A stretch of DNA of 59,901 nt from Chitinophagales bacterium (GTDB lineage: Bacteria; Bacteroidota; Bacteroidia; Chitinophagales; BACL12), in the NCBI GenBank assembly GCA_036734545.1, contig DAIMYJ010000001.1:8875-68775 (forward strand). Direction: 5' to 3'. Position 1 is the first letter of the stretch. Every line of letters begins with the position of its first letter. Below are positions 27,009 through 35,446 of the stretch, in pieces. The notes beneath the pieces are model-generated. The model had not been told where the DNA came from. It saw nothing but the letters and a program-made list of their open reading frames with translations, and did not search any database. The position numbers and the translations under genes are program-made.

Positions 27009-27449
27009 ATGCCTGCAGTTCATATACCACTCATCATTGAAGACATTCCGCCAAAGGGCATACATATTTTCGTAAAAGGCAAGATACAGCGCAAGCGTGT
27101 GCGGTTTCTGGTAGACACGGGTGCCAGTAAAAGTGTGATCGACCACGATTTTGCCCTAAGGAATTTCCCCTATACGCGCCGGATCGTTACTGAGCACCTG
27201 ACCACCGGATTAGGCGCCAACATACCCAATGCCACCTTCATCAAACTGCGCGGCGTACACTTGGGGAAGTATAAGATCAGTCCGGTAATTTTTGCGCAGT
27301 TGGATCTTTCCACGGTAAACGATGCATACACCTCAGCCCTGTTGGATCCTGTGGTGGCCATCATTGGCGGGGATATACTCCGGCAATACCAAATGGTGAT
27401 CGATTATGGGCGCGGCACACTCAGTTTTCAGGTGCCTTACGCCTCCTGA
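27009..27449 (+). CDS. Retropepsin-like (clan AA) aspartic protease
   Basis: 146 aa with catalytic FLVDTGASKSVID (D-T-G-A) and a later IIGGDILRQY block. No signal peptide is evident. Confidence 0.7.
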   Translation: MPAVHIPLIIEDIPPKGIHIFVKGKIQRKRVRFLVDTGASKSVIDHDFALRNFPYTRRIVTEHLTTGLGANIPNATFIKLRGVHLGKYKISPVIFAQLDLSTVNDAYTSALLDPVVAIIGGDILRQYQMVIDYGRGTLSFQVPYAS

Positions 27450-27452
27450 CCA

Positions 27453-29534
27453 TCATAGGATGATCAATCGGGAAACAGCGTCAGAAACCCCATCCGATAA
27501 GCGAATAAAATAGCAACCTGAAGAAAGCTTCAACTCCGCGGGATTCAGTGAGTAGGTGTGACTGCCAGCCTCCTGCACACCCAAAGCAATGGACGCTACT
27601 TCACTACCAGTGAGATCCAGAATGTGTAATTGCAGATCTGACTGTGCCACCAAACTATATTGCACCACAGCGGCTCCGGCACCATCCAGCGGATTCGGAT
27701 ATACTTTCAGATCCATTTGCGCTTCGGGCATTTGCGCGCTTAATACACCTGTTATGAAGTTGAAGTCATCAATGAAAATATTATTCGAGTAAGGATTTGC
27801 CACAAATTCGATCTTGAACTGCACGTGCTCATCTTTAGCATTCGTGGGAATGCTGAAAGCAGCACTTCCCCACTGATCCGGATACTGTGGAAAGAAATCA
27901 GGGCTGCCGCCATAGCTGGTGATCAGATCGCTGCCGGTTATCTTTCCCATTGATATCCAGCTATCACCGCAATTAATGCTGTAAAACATCTTCAGCGACA
28001 TGGTATAGTCACCGGCATCCATGCCGGAAGAGGTGGTGCTGTATTTGAAGAAAACATTATTGGCAAGTCCATCCGAAAGATCAAAGATGGGAGAAAGCAC
28101 CACATCCGATTCCAGATTAGGCGCATCATTGCTATTCAGCCAGATACATCCGGTATTCCAATAGCCGTTGCCGCAACGCCATTTCCATTCAAAATTATCC
28201 GGATATTTATTATTCAGCATCCAGTCGTTATAGGTAGCTTCCTCGCTGTTGAAATCAGCGAAATAATTTCTGTCATACGGTGCTACTTCCGGTGAGACAT
28301 AGATATAATCGGTCCACTCCCGTACATTCGTACCAGCTGCATTCGTTACAGAAAGTGTTACTGTATACCAACCCGGCGTATCATAGGTCACTACCGGATC
28401 TTCTTCTGTGGAAGTAGATGGCGTGGCACCTTCGAAAGTCCAAACACGGGACTCTACCGGCCCTTTGTAACTCACATCGTAATAAGTTACACTTTCACCG
28501 GCACAGATATATCGTTGTGCAGTGTAAAAGTCCGCTTCCGGAATACATGTTCCGCTGACATATCCGTCGTTCGTTCCGGTAAGCAACAAATTCTCCTCTG
28601 TCCACAAATTATTGCGCATGGCATCCTCGCTTTCCAGAGCAGCATACATACGGCTTTTCTGGTCTTCCGTGAACATGGTGGTGCAATATGAATAATCCAT
28701 ATGATTCTGCACGTTGTCCACTCCCCCACCACAGGTATTACCGGTGAGATAGCAGCTTGTCCAGCCTTCGGTCATTGGTGTATCGGGCACCTGATCATCA
28801 CCGCAGGCCACGCCTGGCGCATTGGTGTTTCCCCAGGGATGCTGCAGATTCAAATAATGTCCGATCTCATGACTTAACACATGAGCTGCATAAGATCCTG
28901 CGGTGCCAATAGTGCCTACATAATCGTATCGACAGATGATGCCGTCGACAGTGTGCATGATACCGACAATACTGGTAGGATAATAGGCATATGCGGCTGT
29001 TCCTGCAGGTAGTGATTTCACCACCCAGATATTCAGATATTTTCCTGATTGCCAGCCATCCAGTTTAGCCGCATCAGATCCGTTATATGTGCGCAGAGAG
29101 GCGGTGCGGGTGATCCCATTGGTGCATCCGCCGCTTAACTCCTTTTGTGCCAGTCTGAATTCGATATCACAATCAACAGCAATATCCTGAAACTCCGGAA
29201 TGGTATTAATAAAATCCGTATTGGTGGCGCTAAAGTCTGCATTGATCTTCTCGATGGCATCATAGATCTGTGCATCACTGATGTTTTCCGGGCCGTAATC
29301 ATGGATCACATGAAATACCACCGGTATCACCAGTGTTTCGCCTTCCATTCGGGCGATCTGCCCCAGTTTGGTTTGTGCGAATGCATTGAATTGCGCCTCT
29401 TTTTCTAAGATCTCCGGATGCAGTTCTATGGAGTTTCGACGCACGTCATCCGTTGCGCAGAATTGCGTTGTTTGTGCATATGTTTGCCAACCGGTAAGGG
29501 CTGTGATCAGGATGCTGTATAAAAGTTTTCTCAT
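27453..29534 (-). CDS. Secreted M43-like zinc metalloprotease with PKD-like and MAM-like domains and a type-A T9SS CTD
   Basis: The ATG at 29534 gives the signal peptide MRKLLYSILITALTGWQTYAQ. Zinc motif HEIGHYLNLQH plus CGDDQVPDTP. PKD-like segment (WYTVTLSVTNAAGTN). MAM-like segment ending FIDDFNFI. C-terminal LKVYPNPLDG...CYFIRLSDG...RLIIL. Confidence 0.8.
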   Translation of the reverse strand: MRKLLYSILITALTGWQTYAQTTQFCATDDVRRNSIELHPEILEKEAQFNAFAQTKLGQIARMEGETLVIPVVFHVIHDYGPENISDAQIYDAIEKINADFSATNTDFINTIPEFQDIAVDCDIEFRLAQKELSGGCTNGITRTASLRTYNGSDAAKLDGWQSGKYLNIWVVKSLPAGTAAYAYYPTSIVGIMHTVDGIICRYDYVGTIGTAGSYAAHVLSHEIGHYLNLQHPWGNTNAPGVACGDDQVPDTPMTEGWTSCYLTGNTCGGGVDNVQNHMDYSYCTTMFTEDQKSRMYAALESEDAMRNNLWTEENLLLTGTNDGYVSGTCIPEADFYTAQRYICAGESVTYYDVSYKGPVESRVWTFEGATPSTSTEEDPVVTYDTPGWYTVTLSVTNAAGTNVREWTDYIYVSPEVAPYDRNYFADFNSEEATYNDWMLNNKYPDNFEWKWRCGNGYWNTGCIWLNSNDAPNLESDVVLSPIFDLSDGLANNVFFKYSTTSSGMDAGDYTMSLKMFYSINCGDSWISMGKITGSDLITSYGGSPDFFPQYPDQWGSAAFSIPTNAKDEHVQFKIEFVANPYSNNIFIDDFNFITGVLSAQMPEAQMDLKVYPNPLDGAGAAVVQYSLVAQSDLQLHILDLTGSEVASIALGVQEAGSHTYSLNPAELKLSSGCYFIRLSDGVSDAVSRLIIL

Positions 29535-29624
29535 GCAGTTCGATGTATGCCGTTCTGTAAAAATACGGAAACTCCAACAGGGTATAGGTGTCTTTATTGT
29601 AGTTTTGGAGATCAAATTCCCTGT

Positions 29625-30518
29625 ATGCGTGTATGGTCTACCACCCTCACCCTTTTCCTGTGGAGTCTATCCACGGGGATAACCAAGGCTCAGTCGGTGC
29701 AGCTTATGACGCCACAGATCAGGCAGCACCTGAACACCTATTATGATGCTTTGGAAACAGCAGATGCACAAAAGGCTTTAGAGGCACTGAATGCACTGAT
29801 CGCAGCAGACCCGAATTATCCGCATTACTATGGTGCACGTGCATCTGTGCTTGAAACTTTGCCGGGCGTTACGCCTGATAGCATCTTGGCTGATCTCGAC
29901 AAGGCCATTCTGGCAGATACTACGCTAGATCAATGGCTGATCAAAAGAGCCAATTATTGCCTGGCAGCCGGAACAGACCGCCGGAAGTTTCAGGCGGTAA
30001 ACGACTTGCTAGAACTATGCCATCGTGACAGCACATCGCTTGCACACAGAATGGCGCTGTTGCCGGTCGTTCGCCTATCCGATCCGCAAGTGTTTGCCAA
30101 CCTGCATCAGGAGGCCATTGCGCTGGCCTATTTACAGATTACCGAAACGCCCAACGTAGCAGACCATTGGTATACGTTGGCCTCGCTGTATGCAATGGAC
30201 AAGGCAGATATGCAGGAAGAGGATGTGCTGCTCGCCTTAGGCTATTTGGAAAAGGCCCTTTCACTTGATCCCGGCAAGTGGGCCTACGCGCAATTACGCG
30301 CAGAACTTTATGCGGATGTTTTACATAACTATATTGCAGCCATTGAGGATTACCGCTACGTGATCACACTGGCTCCTTCACCGAATGCCTATGCTTCACT
30401 GGCTCAGGTATATGCCTCTTCAGGACAAAAAAAAGAAGCGATGACTATAGTGCAGGAAGGAATGATCCTGTTTCCAGGGAGCTACATCCTGCAGTCGGTC
30501 AAGAGAAGTATTCAATAA
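29625..30518 (+). CDS. Secreted TPR-like repeat protein
   Basis: The ATG at 29625 gives the signal-like peptide MRVWSTTLTLFLWSLSTGITKAQS. Helical-repeat content (ALNALIAADPNYPHYYGARA..., YASLAQVYASSGQKKEA). Confidence 0.6.
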   Translation: MRVWSTTLTLFLWSLSTGITKAQSVQLMTPQIRQHLNTYYDALETADAQKALEALNALIAADPNYPHYYGARASVLETLPGVTPDSILADLDKAILADTTLDQWLIKRANYCLAAGTDRRKFQAVNDLLELCHRDSTSLAHRMALLPVVRLSDPQVFANLHQEAIALAYLQITETPNVADHWYTLASLYAMDKADMQEEDVLLALGYLEKALSLDPGKWAYAQLRAELYADVLHNYIAAIEDYRYVITLAPSPNAYASLAQVYASSGQKKEAMTIVQEGMILFPGSYILQSVKRSIQ

Positions 30519-30540
30519 GATCGAGAGACATGTAAATTAA

Positions 30541-30566
30541 AAATGCCCGGACCAAGCCGGGCATTT
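30541..30566. terminator. Bidirectional terminator hairpin between convergent genes
   Basis: 10-bp stem (aaatgcccgg 30541-30550 / ccgggcattt 30557-30566) with a 6-nt loop, flanked by A-rich sequence upstream and T-rich sequence downstream. Confidence 0.75.
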
Positions 30567-30587
30567 TCAATTATTTCTGTTGGGTCT

Positions 30588-32504
30588 TTATCGCATCAAT
30601 AGCACCATACCGGACTTGATGATCTCGTTGCCGAAGCCGTCCAGACCCTTGACATACACTACGTAGTTGCCTATTTCCTGCGTCAATGCCTGATAGGTGC
30701 CATCCCATCCGATCATAGGATCATAGGATTCGAAGAGGAGTTCTCCCCAGCGATTATACACAGCGAAGAATTCAATTTCACCGATGCCCACCAATATTGG
30801 TTTCCATGTTTCATTGATACCGTCAGCATTCGGGGTAAAGGCATTGGGCAGCACAATGGTAGTTTGTTCCAGCACATATACCGTAACGCTGTCGAAGTTA
30901 GAACAGCCGTTGGCATCCACACCGGTAACATAATACACTGTAGTATCTTCCGGGAATGCCTGAGGATTGGAAACATTCGCGTCAGTGAGATAATCAGCAG
31001 GAGTCCAGGTATAATCCACTGCGCCAGAAGCATTCAATTGAGCAAATCCGCCGAGTGCCATGTATTGGTCTTCACCTGCATCTACAGTAGGCAGATCGAA
31101 GAGCGTAACCATAACATCGTCTGTGTCACTACAACCATTTGAATCCCATACCACCAATTGATAGAACATATTGGTCAGAGGTCCCATAACGGCAGGACTG
31201 GAAACGGTATCATTATCCAGATACACAGGAGGTGTCCATAAGTAAGATACACCGCCGCTTCCGGCCAGGTTGATGGTATCCTCAGGACAAAGCGACATAT
31301 CAGGTCCTGCATTCGCTATTGGAGCAGGAGGCACAATTACAGTTACTTCACGTTCGATGGTTCCGCAAATACCTACGCCTGTTGCCAGATAGGTAGTTGT
31401 CAAATCAGGAGTAGCAACAACGGTATCGCCAGTTCCGGAATCCAGACCGGTGGTCGGCGTCCATGTCCAATCATAATCCTCTCCACCAATGATATTCAGG
31501 TGAACGGAATCACCGGGGCAAACGAGTGTAATACCTTCAGCTGAGATATCTACGCCGTCAGCAGCCACACCGATGGAGGTAGTAGCTTCCAATGCATCAT
31601 CCAGATCATCTGCATCGAGGATATACGCAAAGGCAATACACTGACATTCTCCTGCAGCGATCAGCGGGATCTTGAAGGTTACCTGTGTAGCGCAGTCGGC
31701 AGTGTTGCTGCCGGAAGCAGAATAACCGCCGCTCCAGGGACACACTGCTGTTCCTGCCCATGCCTGAGCAGGTGTACCGTCGGTAGTACTGAAGCAACCA
31801 AAGGATACGCGGGCATTTTCATCACGCGCACCCATACCGAGGAAGCAGCCGTAAGTAAGACCTTCAGCTGTTACGAGGGCATCCGGGTCTGTTGGCGGCT
31901 GGTAAACAATTTCATTATACGTGGTAAAATCCCATGACCAGGGTTGATCCTGATCGGGGTCCACGTTACGCTTATAATATACATCTGTGAGATCGGTAGC
32001 GCCATCGTTACAGATCAGGATGCGGGTAACGAAATAGCGTGCGTTCTCCGGCAGTGTGGTCGTTTGAGTAACGGTCACATCTTCTGATGCGATCTCCCCT
32101 TCCCAAACTACGGAGTAAACACCGGCAGAATAGTCATAAGAGGTCACATCACCGGGTATCTCTGAGGTCCAGCACCATTGGTCGGTGTTGGTATATACAG
32201 AGGCGCCGATCTGGATCTCCCATCCTTCCACCGGAGAACCGGGAACGAAGTAATCACCGCAGTAGTCAGGAGTACCTGTTGTCCAGCCATCCATGTCAGA
32301 ATCCGCCACGAAGCCGAGGCCGGAGAATTCTGTCGGGTGATAGCCTGCAGGAGGTAAGGCATTGGATCCGTAAGCACCACAGGTGTTTACGCCTACCTCC
32401 ACGTAGGTACCCTTCATGAAAGCATTGGCTCCTACGATCTGAGCCTCTGCTGTTATCCCTGCCAGCATGAGAAGAGCCGGGATGATGTTGTGCAAGTGTT
32501 TCAT
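30588..32504 (-). CDS. Type-B T9SS (gliding-motility-associated C-terminal domain) surface protein, paralog 1
   Basis: Signal peptide MKHLHNIIPALLMLAGITAEAQ. A ~300-aa head domain is shared with the next gene. Three Cys-containing Ig-like repeats (LVCPGDSVHLNIIGGEDYDWTWTP..., LCPEDTINLAGSGGVSYLWTPP..., LNASGAVDYTWTPADYL...). Type-B CTD (LPNAFTPNADGINETWKP...YNRWGELLFES...GWDGTY). Confidence 0.85.
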   Translation of the reverse strand: MKHLHNIIPALLMLAGITAEAQIVGANAFMKGTYVEVGVNTCGAYGSNALPPAGYHPTEFSGLGFVADSDMDGWTTGTPDYCGDYFVPGSPVEGWEIQIGASVYTNTDQWCWTSEIPGDVTSYDYSAGVYSVVWEGEIASEDVTVTQTTTLPENARYFVTRILICNDGATDLTDVYYKRNVDPDQDQPWSWDFTTYNEIVYQPPTDPDALVTAEGLTYGCFLGMGARDENARVSFGCFSTTDGTPAQAWAGTAVCPWSGGYSASGSNTADCATQVTFKIPLIAAGECQCIAFAYILDADDLDDALEATTSIGVAADGVDISAEGITLVCPGDSVHLNIIGGEDYDWTWTPTTGLDSGTGDTVVATPDLTTTYLATGVGICGTIEREVTVIVPPAPIANAGPDMSLCPEDTINLAGSGGVSYLWTPPVYLDNDTVSSPAVMGPLTNMFYQLVVWDSNGCSDTDDVMVTLFDLPTVDAGEDQYMALGGFAQLNASGAVDYTWTPADYLTDANVSNPQAFPEDTTVYYVTGVDANGCSNFDSVTVYVLEQTTIVLPNAFTPNADGINETWKPILVGIGEIEFFAVYNRWGELLFESYDPMIGWDGTYQALTQEIGNYVVYVKGLDGFGNEIIKSGMVLLMR

Positions 32505-32531
32505 TGATAGGTTGCTTAGGTTGCCTTATTC

Positions 32532-32563
32532 AACGGCAAACAGTCGAAACTGTTCTCGCCGTT
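32532..32563 (-). other. Intercistronic stem-loop between the two type-B T9SS paralogs
   Basis: Nested inverted repeat: aacggc(32532-37)/gccgtt(32558-63) and aacagt(32539-44)/actgtt(32549-54). There is no clear U-tract on the transcribed (minus) strand. Confidence 0.4.
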
Positions 32564-32600
32564 TATAATTTATTGATTAGCCATTCATTATTCGGTTTGA

Positions 32601-34880
32601 TCATTTCACCAGGGTGAAATGGCCTGACCACATTTTATCTATACCATCTGTAGTGGAAAATTTGATCACCACCACAAATGTGCCTATTCCCTGAGCCTCA
32701 CCGTTAAATGTTCCATTCCAGCCACAATTGGTATCGTTAGCTAAACAGGGGAAATCCGGACAGATGGAAGGGCCTTCAAACACCACTTCGCCATAGCGGT
32801 TATAGATGGTATATCCGTCGATACATCCGCTACCTGTTACCAGCGGATACCAGGTATCGTTAATGTTATCGCCATTCGGTGAGAAGGCTGTGGGGATCTG
32901 CACATCGATCTCTCCGATCACGACGATCAGGATGGAGTCAACATCCACGCATCCGTTGGCATCCACGCCGGTCACTACATATAAAGTGGTCTGATCAGGT
33001 TGTGCGGTAGGATCTTCAATATTGGTCTGATCCAGTCCATTTGCCGGTGTCCAGGAATATTCCACGGCACCTTCTGCATTGATCACTACACTTTCATCCA
33101 TGTATATATCGATGGTGTCGATCTCGATCAGATCAAAGCCATAGACTCCAAGCACCGACTCATCTGTTTCCACGGTCATGATTCCTTCGAGGTTCGGGAA
33201 CACATTCACTTCGATAACATCCGTGTTCACGCAACCGTTGGCGTCCACACCGGTAACAGTATAGGTTGTGGTCTCATCCACGGTACAGGTAGGATCCGGG
33301 CAATCATCACAGCTCAGGCCGGTAGATGGTGACCAGGTATATTCTACTGCACCGGTAGCTTCGAGGTCAACTGCACCTTCAGGGCACAGGTCGACATCGG
33401 TTCCGGCATTTACTTCAGGTAATGCATATACGGTAACGACCACTTCATCGGTAGCATCACAGCCATAGATGTTGGTGGTGGTTAGTGTGTAAGTATATTC
33501 GCCGGGTTCTGTCGGAGAGGCACTTGGGCTCGGACAATCCGTGCAGCCTAAACCGGCAGCCGGTGACCAGAGGAACAGATCTTCAGCAACACCGCCATCG
33601 CCTGAAAGCACGGTAGCGTCGCCGAGACAGATAGCTACATCATCGCCGGCATCGGCTAATTCGGTCTCATCCACAACGATGGTCACTTCCAGTGTGGCAT
33701 CACCGCAGAAACCGCCAACACCGGTGATGGTATAGGTAGTGGTTTCAGAAACGGTTGCAACTACTGATGTACCGGTATCAACATCCAGTCCATCTGAAGG
33801 TGTCCAGGTCCATGTATAGTCATCAGCGCCCAAGATGGAAAGTGTCACCGGTTCACCGGGTTCACACACATAAACGGTGTCACCGGAAGAAACGGTCACA
33901 TCATCAGCCGTCAGGTTGTAGGTAACGGTTGCTTCCAATGCTTCTTCCAGGTCATCCACGTTGAGGATGTAAGCAAAGGCCACGCATTTACATTCACCCG
34001 GGTTAATGATCGGGATATAAAAAGAGATTGAGTTTGCGATATCACCAACGGAAGACCCTGCGCCGGTGTAGCCACCAGTTGCTTCCCATACAGCCTGCGG
34101 TGAGCCGTCATCCGTTCCGAAGTTACCCCATGAAACGCGGGCGTTCTCATCGCGGGCACCGATACCGAGGAAGCAGCCGTAGGTAAGACCTTCAGAGGTT
34201 ACGAGGGCCTCAGGGTCTGTAGGCGGCTGGTAAACGATCTCATTGTCTGTGGTGAAATCACCGCTCCAGGGCTGGTCATTATCCGGGTCCACATTGCGCT
34301 TGTAGTATACATCTTCCAGCGGTTCATCGCCGTTGTTACAAAGGAGGATACGCGTTACGAAATACAGTTCATCTTCCGGCAGGGTGGTGATCTGGGTGAT
34401 ACCGAGATCGATTCCACCGGCAGCGGTCAGGGTTCCTGTCCAGACACCGGTATAGATCCCTGCAGCATACGTATAATCAGATACATCTCCCGGGATATCG
34501 GAGCCAAAGCAACCCTGGTCGGTATTGGTCCACCAATCGTCGCCGATCTGGATCTGCCATCCTTCTACCGGGGAACCGGGTACGAAGTAGTCACCGCAAT
34601 AATCCGGTGTTCCGGCATCCCATCCGTCAGATTCCCAGTCGGCAACAAACCCCAGACCTGATTCGGTGGGGTGGTAACCTGCAGGCGGCATGGTTGGTGT
34701 TCCGTAGGCTCCGCAGGTATTGATACCTACTTCAACATAATTACCCTTTAAAAAGCAGTTTGCCCCTACGATCTGGGCATTCGCATGTTCAGAAGAGAGG
34801 CTGAGCAGCAATGCCAGGGCGGCAATTGCGTAAAATTTATTTTGCATGTAGTTTTTTTTCGGTTGGTTCAGGCGTTTCAT
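32601..34880 (-). CDS. Type-B T9SS (gliding-motility-associated C-terminal domain) surface protein, paralog 2
   Basis: The ATG at 34880 overlaps the upstream stop (ATGA); an alternative ATG lies at 34847. Same head domain as paralog 1. Four Ig-like repeats. Type-B CTD (IPTAFSPNGDNINDTWYP...YNRYGEVVFEG...GWNGTF). Confidence 0.85.
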   Translation of the reverse strand: MKRLNQPKKNYMQNKFYAIAALALLLSLSSEHANAQIVGANCFLKGNYVEVGINTCGAYGTPTMPPAGYHPTESGLGFVADWESDGWDAGTPDYCGDYFVPGSPVEGWQIQIGDDWWTNTDQGCFGSDIPGDVSDYTYAAGIYTGVWTGTLTAAGGIDLGITQITTLPEDELYFVTRILLCNNGDEPLEDVYYKRNVDPDNDQPWSGDFTTDNEIVYQPPTDPEALVTSEGLTYGCFLGIGARDENARVSWGNFGTDDGSPQAVWEATGGYTGAGSSVGDIANSISFYIPIINPGECKCVAFAYILNVDDLEEALEATVTYNLTADDVTVSSGDTVYVCEPGEPVTLSILGADDYTWTWTPSDGLDVDTGTSVVATVSETTTYTITGVGGFCGDATLEVTIVVDETELADAGDDVAICLGDATVLSGDGGVAEDLFLWSPAAGLGCTDCPSPSASPTEPGEYTYTLTTTNIYGCDATDEVVVTVYALPEVNAGTDVDLCPEGAVDLEATGAVEYTWSPSTGLSCDDCPDPTCTVDETTTYTVTGVDANGCVNTDVIEVNVFPNLEGIMTVETDESVLGVYGFDLIEIDTIDIYMDESVVINAEGAVEYSWTPANGLDQTNIEDPTAQPDQTTLYVVTGVDANGCVDVDSILIVVIGEIDVQIPTAFSPNGDNINDTWYPLVTGSGCIDGYTIYNRYGEVVFEGPSICPDFPCLANDTNCGWNGTFNGEAQGIGTFVVVIKFSTTDGIDKMWSGHFTLVK

Positions 34881-35272
34881 TCATTTACAACGGTGAGCAT
34901 CATGCGGTAGCGTTCGGCCGCTTTAGCAAAGTATTCGTTGTATTCGTTCACATCCCATCCGCGCGGTTCAGTGAACTGGAGACCGAGTTTCACGGTTGCG
35001 GTCTTGTTCGCGTAATCGAGGGTGTAGTTCAGGATGTTATCCCGGCAAAGGCTGAAAAATCTGTTGGCAGCAGCCTCATCTTTGAAAGCCATGGTGCTGA
35101 TAGAAAACGTATATGTTTCCATCAGGGGCTTGGTAGGGTCGATCTGAATCACGAGGTTCGCGTCGATCGAAGCGGTTCCCACGGCGGGTGCCTGCGCAGA
35201 GGCATAAAAAAATGCGGCGGAAACAAGGAGGAGAGAAAGCGAGATCTTGTAAAATAACTGCTTCATATGCAT
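34877..35272 (-). CDS. Small secreted hypothetical protein, translationally coupled to the type-B T9SS gene
   Basis: 131 aa. Signal peptide MHMKQLFYKISLSLLLVSAAFFYASAQA. Its stop overlaps the downstream ATG (ATGA at 34880-34877). No motif recognised. Confidence 0.65.
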   Translation of the reverse strand: MHMKQLFYKISLSLLLVSAAFFYASAQAPAVGTASIDANLVIQIDPTKPLMETYTFSISTMAFKDEAAANRFFSLCRDNILNYTLDYANKTATVKLGLQFTEPRGWDVNEYNEYFAKAAERYRMMLTVVNE

Positions 35273-35446
35273 GTTTCGTTTAATGAAATTTCGATATAGA
35301 CCTATTCACGAATAAAGATAGCCATATGGTTGGGTATCTGCAAATTTTCCCTAGGGGGTTATGAACATTCAGGCAGGAAGTGACATTTTCCTGATACACC
35401 CTGCGGGGTGTGTCCTTATGGTATGTGATGCAGGGAGGTATCCCCT

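Noticed and set aside
34852-34859. T8 (A8 on the coding strand) homopolymer between two in-frame starts of the 759-aa type-B T9SS gene, considered as a slipped-strand phase-variation switch
   Set aside because: Homopolymers of 8-9 nt also occur inside housekeeping genes in this window: A9 in tilS at 24176-24184, T8 in the MMPL gene near 36760 and A8 near 30435. The tract is therefore not distinctive, and there is no population data.
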